From: Polymyxa betae A26-41
Lineage: Eukaryota > Protista > Endomyxa: Phytomyxea
Length of the DNA stretch: 64,000 bases
Assembly: GCA_003693705.1 (NCBI GenBank)
Contig: RBZT01000743.1
Span: forward strand, 54,901 to 118,900
Reading direction: 5' to 3'
Shown here piece after piece: positions 39,144-51,262 of this stretch. Below the pieces are notes generated by a model. The model was not told the origin of the DNA. It saw nothing but the letters and a program-made list of their open reading frames with translations, and did no database searches. Positions within the stretch are counted from its first letter, which is position 1, and each line of letters begins with the position of its first letter. The position numbers and the translations under genes were made by a program.

Positions 39144-39975
39144 ATGGGCTGGCTCGACCTCAATGTCCTCGTTCTAGTCTCTGCTGTCGTGTTCACATCG
39201 CCACAGCTACGATCCATAAACAGGGCTCTGCGCCTGCAAATAGCCAATTATGGTGGATATGCTGAATTCGTCGTGTCTCTTTCATTGAATGTGTGTGTTA
39301 GTCGACCCTAGTTTGCTATTTTATATCATTGTCATCTATTCGGTGCTGAAATTTATATTTTCGTTCTCTGGAGAAACGTTCGTTACGACAGGTCTGTATG
39401 GAATCGATTCGAATCGGGTAATTTCTGAGGGAATTTGTAGTCGCTCTGCTGGTTTTCTATAATTTCGATAAAGTTACGCATGAAGCAAATCGGCTGAACG
39501 AACAGAATTTGGCGCTTGAGCGCGCTTTAAATCAGAACAAGGCTGCGTATCTGGCGTTGCTTGATGAGAAAAACGAATTAACGGCACAGTTAAGGAAATC
39601 CAAGCATGAATCTGCATCGAGAAGGTATTTCATAATAGAGATAGTTGGGATGGTGACGAGAAAACAAATTAGTTGATTTCGATCATCATTCTCAAAAGGC
39701 TGAATCTCTGATTGTTGGTTGCAGGAGTTTGATTGGGTCAGATCTGTCTAAGCAGCTCCTATCGGCGCAAGTAGAGCTACAACATATGAAAGATCGATGT
39801 GCAGCCTTGGAGAAGCAAACCGAAATCAGTCGAAGTGAACTGATGAGGTTGCAGCAAGAGAAGGACACACTTCGTAGCCAGTTGAAAAGCTTCGAAGTAT
39901 GTCATATTTTCATATAATTTGCTCAGTGTATAATATTCGTCTTTGCAGACCATTTTCGGGAAGAAAGTCAACTGA
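39144..39975 (+). CDS. BAP31/BAP29-like ER membrane protein
   Basis: Three hydrophobic N-terminal segments, long coiled coil, last exon TIFGKKVN* (KKxx ER-retrieval motif). Confidence 0.55.
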
Positions 39976-40172
39976 TGTGTTTTCGCTAAAGTCAATAATT
40001 TACCTATTGTGGTTAACAAATGCCTTTTTCGGTTTAAGATACATTCGTGATAAATTGTGCCTCCAACGAAGATCTTACTGCATTGGGTTTCAGTCATTTC
40101 AATGTCTATTAATAACTTGCCGCCTAGACCCATGACGCTGTTTGCTTGACTGCAACGGACAGTTTATCTTGA

Positions 40173-40191
40173 GGGTTTTAGGGTTAGGGTT
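40173..40191. repeat. Telomere-type repeat ~60 bp upstream of the carboxypeptidase ATG
   Basis: gggttttagggttagggtt. Confidence 0.8.
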
Positions 40192-40249
40192 GACTGTAGT
40201 TTATGTTGCACTTTGGCTGCCTCACCTCCGACTTCCATTTCATTAAGCA

Positions 40250-42944
40250 ATGATACCTCATTCTATCTATCATCAGCCATTATTAAACAAGCCTGCTAAC
40301 AGACCTAATATCACCATCAATGTCGTCGTCGTAGTCGTCACATTCACGGCCAGCGTCTTGCTGCTGGCCGCTCTCAAGTTCAACACCATGCAGGAAGCGT
40401 TGGATGTAGATTCGCCGCCAGACTGGATTCAAAGAATCATGGAGATCCCAACAGCGAACCGCTCCAGGCTGCAGATGCATACGCTGACGAGAAGGCAATC
40501 ATTAGCTGGATCTTCCGGCGATTTCCGCTTGGTAATGTTTCATTCACATAGAGTGCTCTAAGTATCTCCAGGCACAATATGTAGCCGAGCAGTTTCGAGA
40601 ATTCGGTGTGCCGAGAATTGACGTTCACGAATATAGTAATACGATCTAAAAGCATCGTTTCTGCTCCACCTTATATCTCCATCAGATGTGCTACTATCGA
40701 GCCCAATTTCATGTTCTTTGTCAATGACGTCAAGTAATGGCTCTTTGCATCAATTCACTCTGGAAGAGCCAGAAATTCGATCTGCCGATGCTGTCGACCG
40801 TTCTGCGATCAACCCATATATCGCCTATTCTGCCTCAAAGAAAGTCAATTCAACCGTTATCTACCTTAATTACGGTCGCAAAGAGGACTTCGAAGAGCTA
40901 GATCGTAGCGGCGTTAACCTTACGGGCCACATCGGAATCGCTCGATATGGCAAAATCTTTAGAGGACTGAAAAGTGGGTCGAAGCCTTTTCAGTTCGATT
41001 TTTCACTAACGTCAAAATTCTATCAATACAGCCATGCTGGCCCAGGAGTATGGCATGATTGGACTGATCATCTATTCGGATCCGGCCAATGATGGCGATA
41101 AAAGGGGAGATGTTTACCCAGATGGAAAATGGCGTCCACCAGAATCGATTCAGGTTTGATAGAAGGCGAAAGTTGCTGAAGGCGTTGCCGACGGATTGAT
41201 TGATTTCAGGGCGGAAGTTCGATGTTTATTTCGTTGTTTTCGGGCGATCCATTGACACCTGGTGTTGGCGCTATTCCAAGTCTCGATCCATCTCAGAAGA
41301 AGTACACACCAGAGAACTCGCCTGTTTTGCCTAAGATCCCTGTTTTAGTAGAGGCTTTAAATACATGTTCCCAAGAATCTTCGTAATGTTTTTATAGGCG
41401 ATCGGATATGGAAATGCTCACGAAATTCTGAAATTAATGGGGGGCCCGAAAGCTTCAGAAAAGTGGCAAGGTGGCTTACCTCTGACATATCATATCGGAC
41501 CCGGACCCTTTGTTGAAATGGACGTTCAAATGGACCAAAGCTTAAAATCAATTTTCAACGTCGTTGGAACCTTTGATGGTGGCCTCGAAATCTGAAGGCC
41601 ATTCTTTCATATTCATCTGAAATGATGCACAGGATGTGTTCAACCAGATCGAAGAGTATTGATAGGGAACCATCGCGACGCGTGGGTGTTTGGCGCTGTC
41701 GATCCACATTCTGGCACCGCCAGCTTATTGGAATCTGCCCGCGCTTTCGCTCAGATTTATAAGGAAGGGTTTGCTGAAGTTCAAACGAATCCCTCAGCGT
41801 CTGACTGTGTTGTAGCTGGAGACCAAAGCGAACACTTCAGATTTGCTCGTGGGATGCTGAAGAATTTGGACTGGTGGGATCGTCTGAGTTCGTCGAGCAA
41901 TTCGCCCGGCTCCTTCAGGACCAAGCAGTCGCCTATTTGAACGTGTAGATTGTTTTGTTGAGAATTTGTAACCATTATCAAAGCGATTGATAGCGATGAA
42001 GGTGTCAGTGGAGGCGACTTTTTTCGTATAATGTCAAGTCCTTCTATGAGCAGTATCGTACAGAATGTAACCAAGCTTATCAGGTTTCCCAATTCCGACA
42101 AAAGGTTGAAGCCGCCTAGTTTTGACTCATAGTGTCTGACATGATTAGCGTTTATGATTTATGGATGAATAACAGCAACTGCACGGTCGATCCTGTAGGT
42201 TCTGGATCCGATTATAGCGGCTTTATTCAGTATCTAGGCATCTCCTCTCTTGATCTCCGTATCGTCATGGTTTTATTGTACTGGTTAAGAATTTGATAGA
42301 CCTGTAGGATTTTCAAGTAAAGAGGGGCCATATGGTGTTTATCATTCAAAGTACGATGATGCCATATGGTACGAGAGATTTGCCGATCCCGATTATGCCA
42401 CGAGCATTACACTGACCAGGCTTTGGACCGTTCTCTCAATGGCTTTCACCGATTCTGGTATCTCATTGCAGTCGACTTCTTGGTCGTTGTTAAATCTCTG
42501 GTAGGACTGGTACCGCTGCGAATAACACCTTATGCGATGGCGTTAAAATCCTATGTCGAGAAACTGAAACGGGATATCGTCGATCCCGCTTCTCTGAAAA
42601 GCGTTGATGATGCAGTGTGTCAATTCCTGAATGCAGCAAAAACTATAGATTTGGAGGCGGATTCGTTGGCGTCAACCAATGATCCTAAAGCAGTTGCTGA
42701 TTTAAATGACAGACTTGCACTTGTGGAACGAAAGTTTTTGATGAATGAGGCTTTGCCTGGTCGCCAAGAAATGTATTATCGTCATTCTATCTATGCTCCA
42801 GGATTGTATGAGGGATATGGGGCGTCCGTTCTGCCTGGTCTTAAGTATGCTGTTGATTCGGGAAATTCAACTTTGTTTCAGCAACAGTCTGAAATTCTAA
42901 AAGACTGCATTTTCAATGCATCCAGTTTTCTTAAGGGGAATTAA
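40250..42944 (+). CDS. Glutamate carboxypeptidase II-like M28B peptidase (PA + TfR dimerisation domains), multi-exon
   Basis: N-terminal TM; [69 protein letters not shown]. Confidence 0.93.
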
Positions 42945-42990
42945 GAATTTTATACAATCGAAATTTATGGTTGGTAGCTGTTCTGTGGTC

Positions 42991-44310
42991 TCATTGCAAA
43001 ACAAGCACACGTAATACGTGGTCTGGATTTACGCCTCCCAAAATAATATATAGACTCCAACACTGGGCAATTGTATAGGCCCGGATTCCTATAAGTATTA
43101 CCAAGACCACAATTGGTCCAGTCGTAACATCTGCATTTTCGAAAACAGCGTAGAGAACCATAAAGAAAATGATTAACATCGACATTTCCACCATCATGAA
43201 CTATGCTCAGATTTTAGAAACCGCAAAAACAAATTAACTTCAAAATTCGCACCAAAAGAATTGACTCTCGTCTTAACGTCCGGGCACCCTGAAATCCCAT
43301 CAATCCCAATAATGCCAGAATCAGCCACCACTAAAGGACACAATGAAACCACGTAAGATTTATATGCACACGAACCGGAGTGACAATGAGTGCGAATGAA
43401 AATGACGTTATTATTGATACAGATGCCTAAATAAGCATGACGGGAAGCTTTGTCATGAGACAAGATAAATCTAACCATTAACATAACGCTCCTTCTAAGC
43501 AGTTTAATTCTCTCTACCGATACAAAGCGAGTGCTTTCCGGCTGAATATTCGGGCCCGCAGCAGGCTTCGCAAAGTGAACATGGTAACAATGGCAGGTTG
43601 CCCAATATGAAGATTACCCGGGCTGGCCCATGTTCAGATAAATTACCGACGTGGAGTCTGACTTCAGCAACACGTGTCGCGATGGTGCCATCCAGGGCTG
43701 GAAACCTCTAAAGCATCCCATAAGATGCAGTAGAATACATTACATTTGGGAGAACCTCAGCAGAATCATTCACTGGATAAAACGAGTCAGTTGTCATGGG
43801 AATAACCCCAGAAGCAGCAGGATTATTACTTGATGGAGGTACCTAAACGATAGCCTCAACATAATGATTGCTAAAAACATATCCTCACTTTCCGTACAAC
43901 CATGTGTAATGTGGATTTTCCATCATGAATTCCAAGACGTGAAAGGGTATCATTGTCGTCAAGTTCAGTTCCATTATATATTAAACGTTGGAGGCTGTGA
44001 ATAATTCCATGTTTGGATTCGATCAGCACCTAAACAAGTCAGTCGAAGGCGCGAAGATTTGCAATTAAACCTTCAAATTTCCGATCGACTCGTCTGGAGA
44101 AACATTATCGACAGCGAGGTCAGGGTTGTTGACGAGTTTTAAAGTTAGCTTAATTAGTGGTTTTGGAGCGGATGACAATGATGTTTGAGTGGAAATGTCC
44201 CCAGATTGATCGCTAGAACGCATAACGATAATGAATTACTATGTGCAACATTGTATGGATCGATTCCGGACTACGCCGTGACATATCTCAAAGAAACTGT
44301 GTCGATACAT
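42991..44310 (-). CDS. Ubiquitin-like domain + C-terminal membrane protein, multi-exon; start uncertain
   Basis: Spliced translation IKLTLKLVNNPDLAVDNVSPDESIGNLK|VLIESKHGIIHSLQRLIYNGTELDDNDTLSRLGIHDGKSTLHMVVRK (ubiquitin fold); hydrophobic C-terminal exon 42991-43197. Confidence 0.65.
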
Positions 44311-44948
44311 TCCAGAGCTACAGAGGGTCATTTTCGGCTTTGCATCAATGCGTGCAGTATGTTTCGGTTTTCTGGAATAATGTGAGATCTAGAAGCTGGA
44401 GATGTCGATCACAATAATACATGGCAATCAGGCCAGACGCAACGAAACCAGATGACATTAAAGCGAGAGAAATTCGTTGGCAGGCGACTAGAATCGATTC
44501 CAGAAAAGCCAACTTTCGTTGTACCCAATTTACAAAGCAGAACAGCAAATATTTCTGACATATTTGCAGATGAAGATGCAAGCGCTTCTTAGAAAGTGGA
44601 CGTTCGAATTCTGTCAAGGACCAGATGCGATCCTACTCGGAGACGACTCCAGCGAATCCGACGAGCTATCCTTCCGTAGTTGGGTCTCCAATGAAACCGA
44701 CACCGGGTCAGTGAAGCAATCGCTTATCCACAGCCAAGGCAGTGATGGGCCAGGGTTCCGATGCCGAGCGGCGAACAGAACAACTGTATTTTAATATGTT
44801 CTAATGAAATATCAAATGTGTTTAAAGACGAATGGAAAACCCTAATGACAGACGAAGGTAACAAAATTCCAGTTGGGCGAGAGGTTGCGTCATCGCTTTT
44901 TGTTTTTGGGAGAGTGTCATTTGTGCTTTCGTCGTGGTTGGAGACATC

Positions 44949-47145
44949 ATGAGCCTTACCGATGCCGTCAGCGATTATATCAGACGGATGCTGACGATAG
45001 CATCCGTAAAGGGCATGAAGTCACTGATCCTGGACGATCATACTGTAATCAATATGACCTGATTGCGGTAGAAAGCGCTTATGTGTCGAATAGAGCGGGG
45101 TCGTAGGCCTCGTGTTTTCACATTCGGCAATTCTCGAACAGCAAGTATTTTTGGTCGAGAGAATCGATGCCAAGGTTGGGCAAAATTTGTCTCATCTAAA
45201 GGCAATCGTGTTTGTGCGGCCGACCTCAGCAAATCTTCTGCTGTTAAAAGCTATGCTGAAAAATCCTCAGTATCAAGAATTTCATTTATGTAATACTTCT
45301 TTCAGTTTATTCTTCGTTCATGCTAACTTGATGAAAGTTTTCAGTAACATTGTCCCAAGAGAAATGCTGCGAGATCTTGCCGAATCCGATGCATTTGAAC
45401 TTGTGAAACAAGTACCATATAGGTTTTATTCAAGAAAACTAGCTTATTTCTGCCAAATTAGGTTCAGGAGTTCTATGCCGATTATTTTGCCATATCAAAT
45501 TTCCTGTTCTCTCTGAATATCCCGAATACTTTCAGCCTTTTTGGGGGCAGCTGGGGGGAATCCGACCAAATTAAATTCGCTCAACTCTGTGATGGTCTTT
45601 TATCGTTATCACTCTCTCTGAAAACAAGACCAATTGTTAGATTTCAAAGTCAGTATACTGTGTTTTCAATCCCTGATCCTGACGTTGTGGACGACAGGTT
45701 CATCCCAGCTTTGTGAAAGGATCGCTAAAAAAATCGACCAAGTCATGTCGCAACAGAGAGATTTATTCTCTTTTGGTACCGACTCTTCTTCTCGTCCCCT
45801 TTTAATCATCCTTGATCGGAGAGAAGATCCAGTGACACCATTGCTTATGCAATGGACTTACAGAGCAATGCTTCACGAAGTTATTGGAGTCCACAACAAT
45901 CGTGTATCTTTTAAGCAGGCCGATGGCACACAGAAGGTAATACTTCCCTCTCACTTGTTTCATTATATGACGTTTGGTGTTACAGGAGCTTGTCATAGGC
46001 AACGATGACAGTTTCTTTAAAGCAAGCGAGTACTTGAATTTTGGTGATCTTGGTGCCAGCGTCAAAAAATTAGTTGAAAGCTATCAGGTCAAAACGAAAT
46101 CGGAAAGGCAGCTAGAAACAATTGAGGATATGCAACGATTTGTTGAGAATTATTCCGAATTTTTGCAGGAGAGCACAACAGGTTTGTTATAACGCTCCTA
46201 TTTCCAATGCATGCGGTTTGATATTCTAATTCAGTATCAAAACACGTTGCTCTTGTATCGGAGCTATCTCATCAAGTTGAATCGCATCGCTATATGGAGC
46301 TGTCTGCTTTGCAACAGACCTTGGCGTGTGAGAACTCTCATACAAATGCAGCCAAGCAAGTCATGGACGCTATTAAAGTATGTGACAATTAGTGTTTTTC
46401 TATATGCGATACCGATTGTAATAACAGAATCCGATTCTACGAGATGAAGATAAGCTGAGAATTGTTTGTCTATATGCGTTAAGATATGAACAAGACGCTA
46501 ATGAAACCAGTGTGTACCTGTCGTTGTTACGCGAACGAGCACAAACAGAACAGGTATTCATATCACATACGGAATTACTTAGCATGCTCAAAATCACGTA
46601 GTTTAGAGCTCGTGTGGGCATTGTAAGCCAACTATTAAGATATGCTGGCAGTGCTGTTCGGACACAGGATCTATTTTCCAATAAGGATATTTTCGCGAAA
46701 GCCACCAATTTCATTGCTTCTGGAATTAAAGGGGTTGAGGTATACCCGCATCCTGTCGCGAAACAACAGTAACGCTGATTGTATGCCAGAATATTTATAC
46801 ACAACATGAAGCTCTTCTTAGAAGAACTATGGACAATATTCGAAAGCAGCGCCTCAAACCGAATCAGTTCCCGGTTTGCGGTGCTGCTAATCCACAAGCA
46901 GACCAACCTGTTCGTCAATGGTAACTACGGTAATTATGATTTCTTCGTTCTGGCTTATTGGCAATAGCTTCATATTTATTGCCGGCGGCGCTACGTACGA
47001 GGAAGCTGCGCTGGTGAATGAATACAATAACAGCAATCGCGATATTCAGTTCTATCTGGGTGCCACTACTTTCCACAATTCATCATCTTTTCTCGACGAC
47101 ATCGTTCAAGGCAGTAATCCCTCCTTCATTTTAAATGTCGCTTAA
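44949..47145 (+). CDS. VPS45: Sec1/Munc18 family protein Vps45, multi-exon
   Basis: GMKSLILDDHT, HLKAIVFVRPT, DRREDPVTPLLMQWTYRAMLHE, NFGDLGASVK, FIAGGATYEEA. Confidence 0.95.
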
Positions 47146-47296
47146 TATATATTCTTGTCTAACTTCGCCTTGCGTTCTGGGCATGGGATTGGCGGATTAG
47201 ACGATTGGTAACAGTGGACGAGGTCCGTGACGGTGTAAACCTGTCCTCCTCCCTATCTTTTCAATCCGAATCTTCTCGCTCCATACGGCTGTAGGC

Positions 47297-48550
47297 ATGG
47301 TGTCCACGCGCACCGTCGTCATCGGTGGCCTGGCTTGCGTTGCTGTTGCCGGTGCTGCTACGTTGGCATGGCGCTATGCTCTTTCACGTCCTGATTCGGC
47401 GAAGTCGAAATCCAAACCCCGACGCAAGAAGAGCGGTGCTGCCAAAGCTAAAGTAGACCAATCGGTCGCCATCCCGCCCGAGTCTGAACTAATCAACCGT
47501 CTCTTGGCTTCTATGGAGCGAATGCAATCAACAGGTTCCGTTGCCGGTCCGAATGAGACCATTCTGGTCAAGATCGTGGCCGCTGCTTCAGCAGCACCGG
47601 ATAGCATCTCTGTGCGATGTAGGCTGATGGCCGCTCAATGGTCCATACTACATCAAACCCTAGTCTCAGTCGCCTCTCCTACAGCAGCCATCGATATTGG
47701 TGCTCATGAGGCTGCTATGAAGCAGGCTTGGGCTCTGCTCGATCTGCCTTTGAGTAATCTATCTGCCGATGAACGCAGCGCTGTTGATATCTTACAGCTT
47801 GACGTCTCGCAAAGGTTACGCTCTCCTTCGATGATGGTCCCGGTTTACGAGCGTCTACTGCGCCGTTTATCTTCATCTTCGCTATCGAATGAGGAAACGT
47901 TGGTGTTGTTTACTTCATCGCCTATGCTGGGTCGCTGGGATGACACACGACGTATCGGTGGCATGATTTTATCTCAACAAAATTCTCTCGACGAGTTCCA
48001 TCAAGCTGCTTTACAGAGACCTGAGCTGCCTGACTATTCGGTATTGTACGAGCAGGCCGTTGCTCGTAAATCCGGCGACCAAACAGACTTGGCTTGGGCT
48101 GCTTATTCGATTTGCGCCCTGCGAATCCGTCTGCGCGATGTTCAGTCGTCGGACCCGTCCAAGGCCGCCGAAGTTCGCAACGTCATTGCCAGCGGCTGGC
48201 AAGCGACGCCGGTCACTGTTGATGCGCGTCTGTTTCGTCACGGCGCTATCGGTCAGATGTTATCGGCCAGCGAAGTCAAGATTTCCTGTGTCGGGCCTTG
48301 GGACGGCAACAAGGTCGACTTACAAGGCTGGGCTGACCTTCAGAAAGGCCCGAACACCAGCGATGGGCAAGTACGGCAGACGGAGCGCTACGAGTTCGGA
48401 TGCGAAGGCACGGAGGCAACCGATGGTATCTGGTCGGGAACCTACACGCTAACGCAGAAAGAACGCGATAGCACGATCACTGTTGTGTTCGATCTAGAGC
48501 TTGAACTTAAGTTGGACGAGTCGCTGTCACCAACGTCCAACCATGTCTGA
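47297..48550 (+). CDS. Hypothetical protein with N-terminal signal-anchor
   Basis: 417-aa intronless ORF; TM VVIGGLACVAVAGAATLAW followed by basic KSKSKPRRKK. Confidence 0.75.
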   Translation: MVSTRTVVIGGLACVAVAGAATLAWRYALSRPDSAKSKSKPRRKKSGAAKAKVDQSVAIPPESELINRLLASMERMQSTGSVAGPNETILVKIVAAASAAPDSISVRCRLMAAQWSILHQTLVSVASPTAAIDIGAHEAAMKQAWALLDLPLSNLSADERSAVDILQLDVSQRLRSPSMMVPVYERLLRRLSSSSLSNEETLVLFTSSPMLGRWDDTRRIGGMILSQQNSLDEFHQAALQRPELPDYSVLYEQAVARKSGDQTDLAWAAYSICALRIRLRDVQSSDPSKAAEVRNVIASGWQATPVTVDARLFRHGAIGQMLSASEVKISCVGPWDGNKVDLQGWADLQKGPNTSDGQVRQTERYEFGCEGTEATDGIWSGTYTLTQKERDSTITVVFDLELELKLDESLSPTSNHV

Positions 48551-48812
48551 GTCTAATACATTCGATTTCGTACTCTGGATTGATCATGATCTCCCCGTTT
48601 GATAGATGGCGCTCTGTCTTGGGCCGCGACTCCATGTCCTCATCCGATTGGCCCCGACCGGAGGGCTAGCAAGCTGTCAGATGCTCTGTACCTGGGACTC
48701 TGATTTGATCCGGATCATCAATCCTATGTCAGGTTCCGGGTATCGCTTACATCCGATCTGGATTGTCATTAGTCCTTTAATCACTTTATATCCAAACCAA
48801 CCAGCCGTTATT

Positions 48813-50845
48813 ATGGGATCCGATTCTTCTGAATTTGACACCTCGATTTCGGCTTCTAGTAATTCTGCATCAAGCAGTTCCGATGGTATCAATCGTACCC
48901 AAGAGCGTCTTGGGTTCATTTGCCTCAACGTCGCTCGAATGCCATCGACCATCTTCATGCTTACATTCTTTGTTCCATACTTGACATTATTGGCTAAGCA
49001 TGCTGTCAATGATACCGGTTCAGTCTCTCTTCTTTTTATCAGCCTGAAACCATCATCGGTCCCAACAGTTGCTATCATGATCGCTTCGCTCTTGAGCGCC
49101 ATCTTTTTCCCTGCTCTTGGCGCTCTCGCAGACTTTAGTCCACATCGGCTCAGTCTGTTGAGAGGATTCGCTTGCTGCTGTGGCCTCATGTTCTGTTTAG
49201 GTAAAGGATCATTGATGTCGCTACTTCACATTGACCAAATCTCATAGTTGCTACCGTCGTCCGTGTGACATGGGGAATCGGGTTCATACTCCTTATCGTA
49301 ATGTTCTTTGCTGGCCAGGCCGCTGATTTCTTATCGAACTCCTACCTTGCTGAGATTGCCGATACTCCAGGCGAACGAAGCAATGTGTCAGCCTCGGCTC
49401 TTCGTTTTGGATTGTCAGCACAAGTGACTCTACTGTTGTTGGGCATTGCGGCATCGTACTACTTCGCGCCGTTCCCACTTCAACCAAACGGATCGCAATT
49501 CGAACGATCCAATTCTAAGGGGTTCGCTAGTATTCGAGCAACCTCATTTAACACAAGCGAAGCGTTAACCACGTTGACCCACCGTTCGACGATTGAGAAC
49601 GATTGGCACAAAGTTTTGGGGGATACAAGTGGTCCTGTTAAGAAAATCATTGACACCAAATACTGTGTAGTGTCATCGAGCCGACTACTTGTCAACGACT
49701 CCGATTCGGGAAGTCACTTCGTTGCGTTCTCAGAGAACGGCGAAGGTGCTCAAATGCATAACCGCAAAATTACCATCAACGCTGTAGCACGCCCCGAACA
49801 AGACAACAGCAAAGCTTGTATCCGTGTCCATATGTTGACCTTCGACAAGAACGGCCAAAATGCCAAGCGTGTCAGCTGCCCGGAATTTGAGGGATTTCCG
49901 GGCAAAAAGGCAGAGCATGCCTTTCGACTAGAAGCCACCTTACAGGATGATGCTCATTTCCTGTACTACATTGTTGAGATAAAGGGAGGTGCCGTATCTA
50001 TCACACGGCTCGATGTCATGGACGAGGTTCTTTATATCGCTCCAGCGCTATGTCTGATATCAGGTCTGTGGTATCTGGTATGGGCAATCTTCGGCCTGCG
50101 ACATCTGGGTGAAAGGAATTCCCGTCATTCCCAAAGCCATTCGTTATCACGTCTAATTCTGAAATCTGTGGTTGGATTGGGCAAAACTCTGAAACGAACA
50201 GCTTCAGATTCAGTTCTAACCCGATCGCTTCTGGCGGTAGCGTTCTATTCGGCATCAGTTGGGTCTACGATGTTAATGGGACCGGTATTCATCACCGAAA
50301 AGCTGGAAATCAGTCAGTTTAAAATTGGCTTAACAACTCTGGGTACCATTATCTCCACGATTATCGGTGCTATTCTGTTCATTTCGCTGGGCAAGAGAGC
50401 CGGTTACAATAGGGCTTTAGCTTTGGCATACCTGCTATGGTTGGTTGATATGGTTCTCATGTTCTTCTTACTTCACGATAGAGAACAAGCTAACTGGTTA
50501 TTCCTGACCGTTCCAATGATGGGAATAGCATCTGGAGGGTCATTAGCTTTAGCTCGTGCTGTGTTTGCCTCTCAAATTCCTCTCGGGTCCGAGTGTGAAC
50601 TATTCGGGTTGTTCAGTTTCTCCCAGTCGTTCATGGGCCCTTTCGCTTTATTCCTGTTCATGGCGGCCAACGAAATCCTCGGCGACCTTCAATGGGGAAT
50701 TGCCTCTCAAACTATCTTCATGCTGCTTGCATTCGCTCTGCAGATTTCGATCAAGGAAGAAGACATCGAATCAAGAGGCGCCAGCAAATCTAATCCGTCG
50801 TCGACGGCATCATCGAGCGACCAAGATGTGATCGACATTGAATAA
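48813..50845 (+). CDS. MFS transporter (Atg22/UMF1-like) with large inserted loop
   Basis: ~12 TMs; PALGALADF, NSYLAEIA, RAVFASQIPLGSECELFGLFSF; intron 49201-49247. Confidence 0.8.
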
Positions 50846-51262
50846 CTAGTTATATAATGAAATGAAGGGGACAAAGTCTCCTGTTGTTAACAACATCTAT
50901 CAGTCTATTAACGTAACATTTCACCATGAGGCTCGACTTGGCCTCCAGACATAGCTGTTAGTCTAGAAAGCCTGAATGCCAGTGGCGCAGCAGCCTGAAT
51001 TTCAGCAGGAGGAAACCCTACGTCGACTTGTGACTATGAACTCCATTTCCCTATGCATGAATAGGTCAGCAGCAACCCCATGAAGGTCGATAGTGAGTGA
51101 TGAACCCTGCTGATGCTGCTATGGAGTATCCGGAGTAATTTCGCGCTTGATCATCGTTGTTGCGGCAAATGAACAGGCGCGCCCTTCAACAACCGGCCCG
51201 CTCTTCGATCCAGGTCGATCTCGTCGGCCCCTGTTCAAAATAGGTCTCCTCCTTCCCATTCC

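Noticed and set aside
44350-44794. Small spliced + strand gene upstream of VPS45
   Set aside because: A plausible intron exists but no clear start codon or recognisable product
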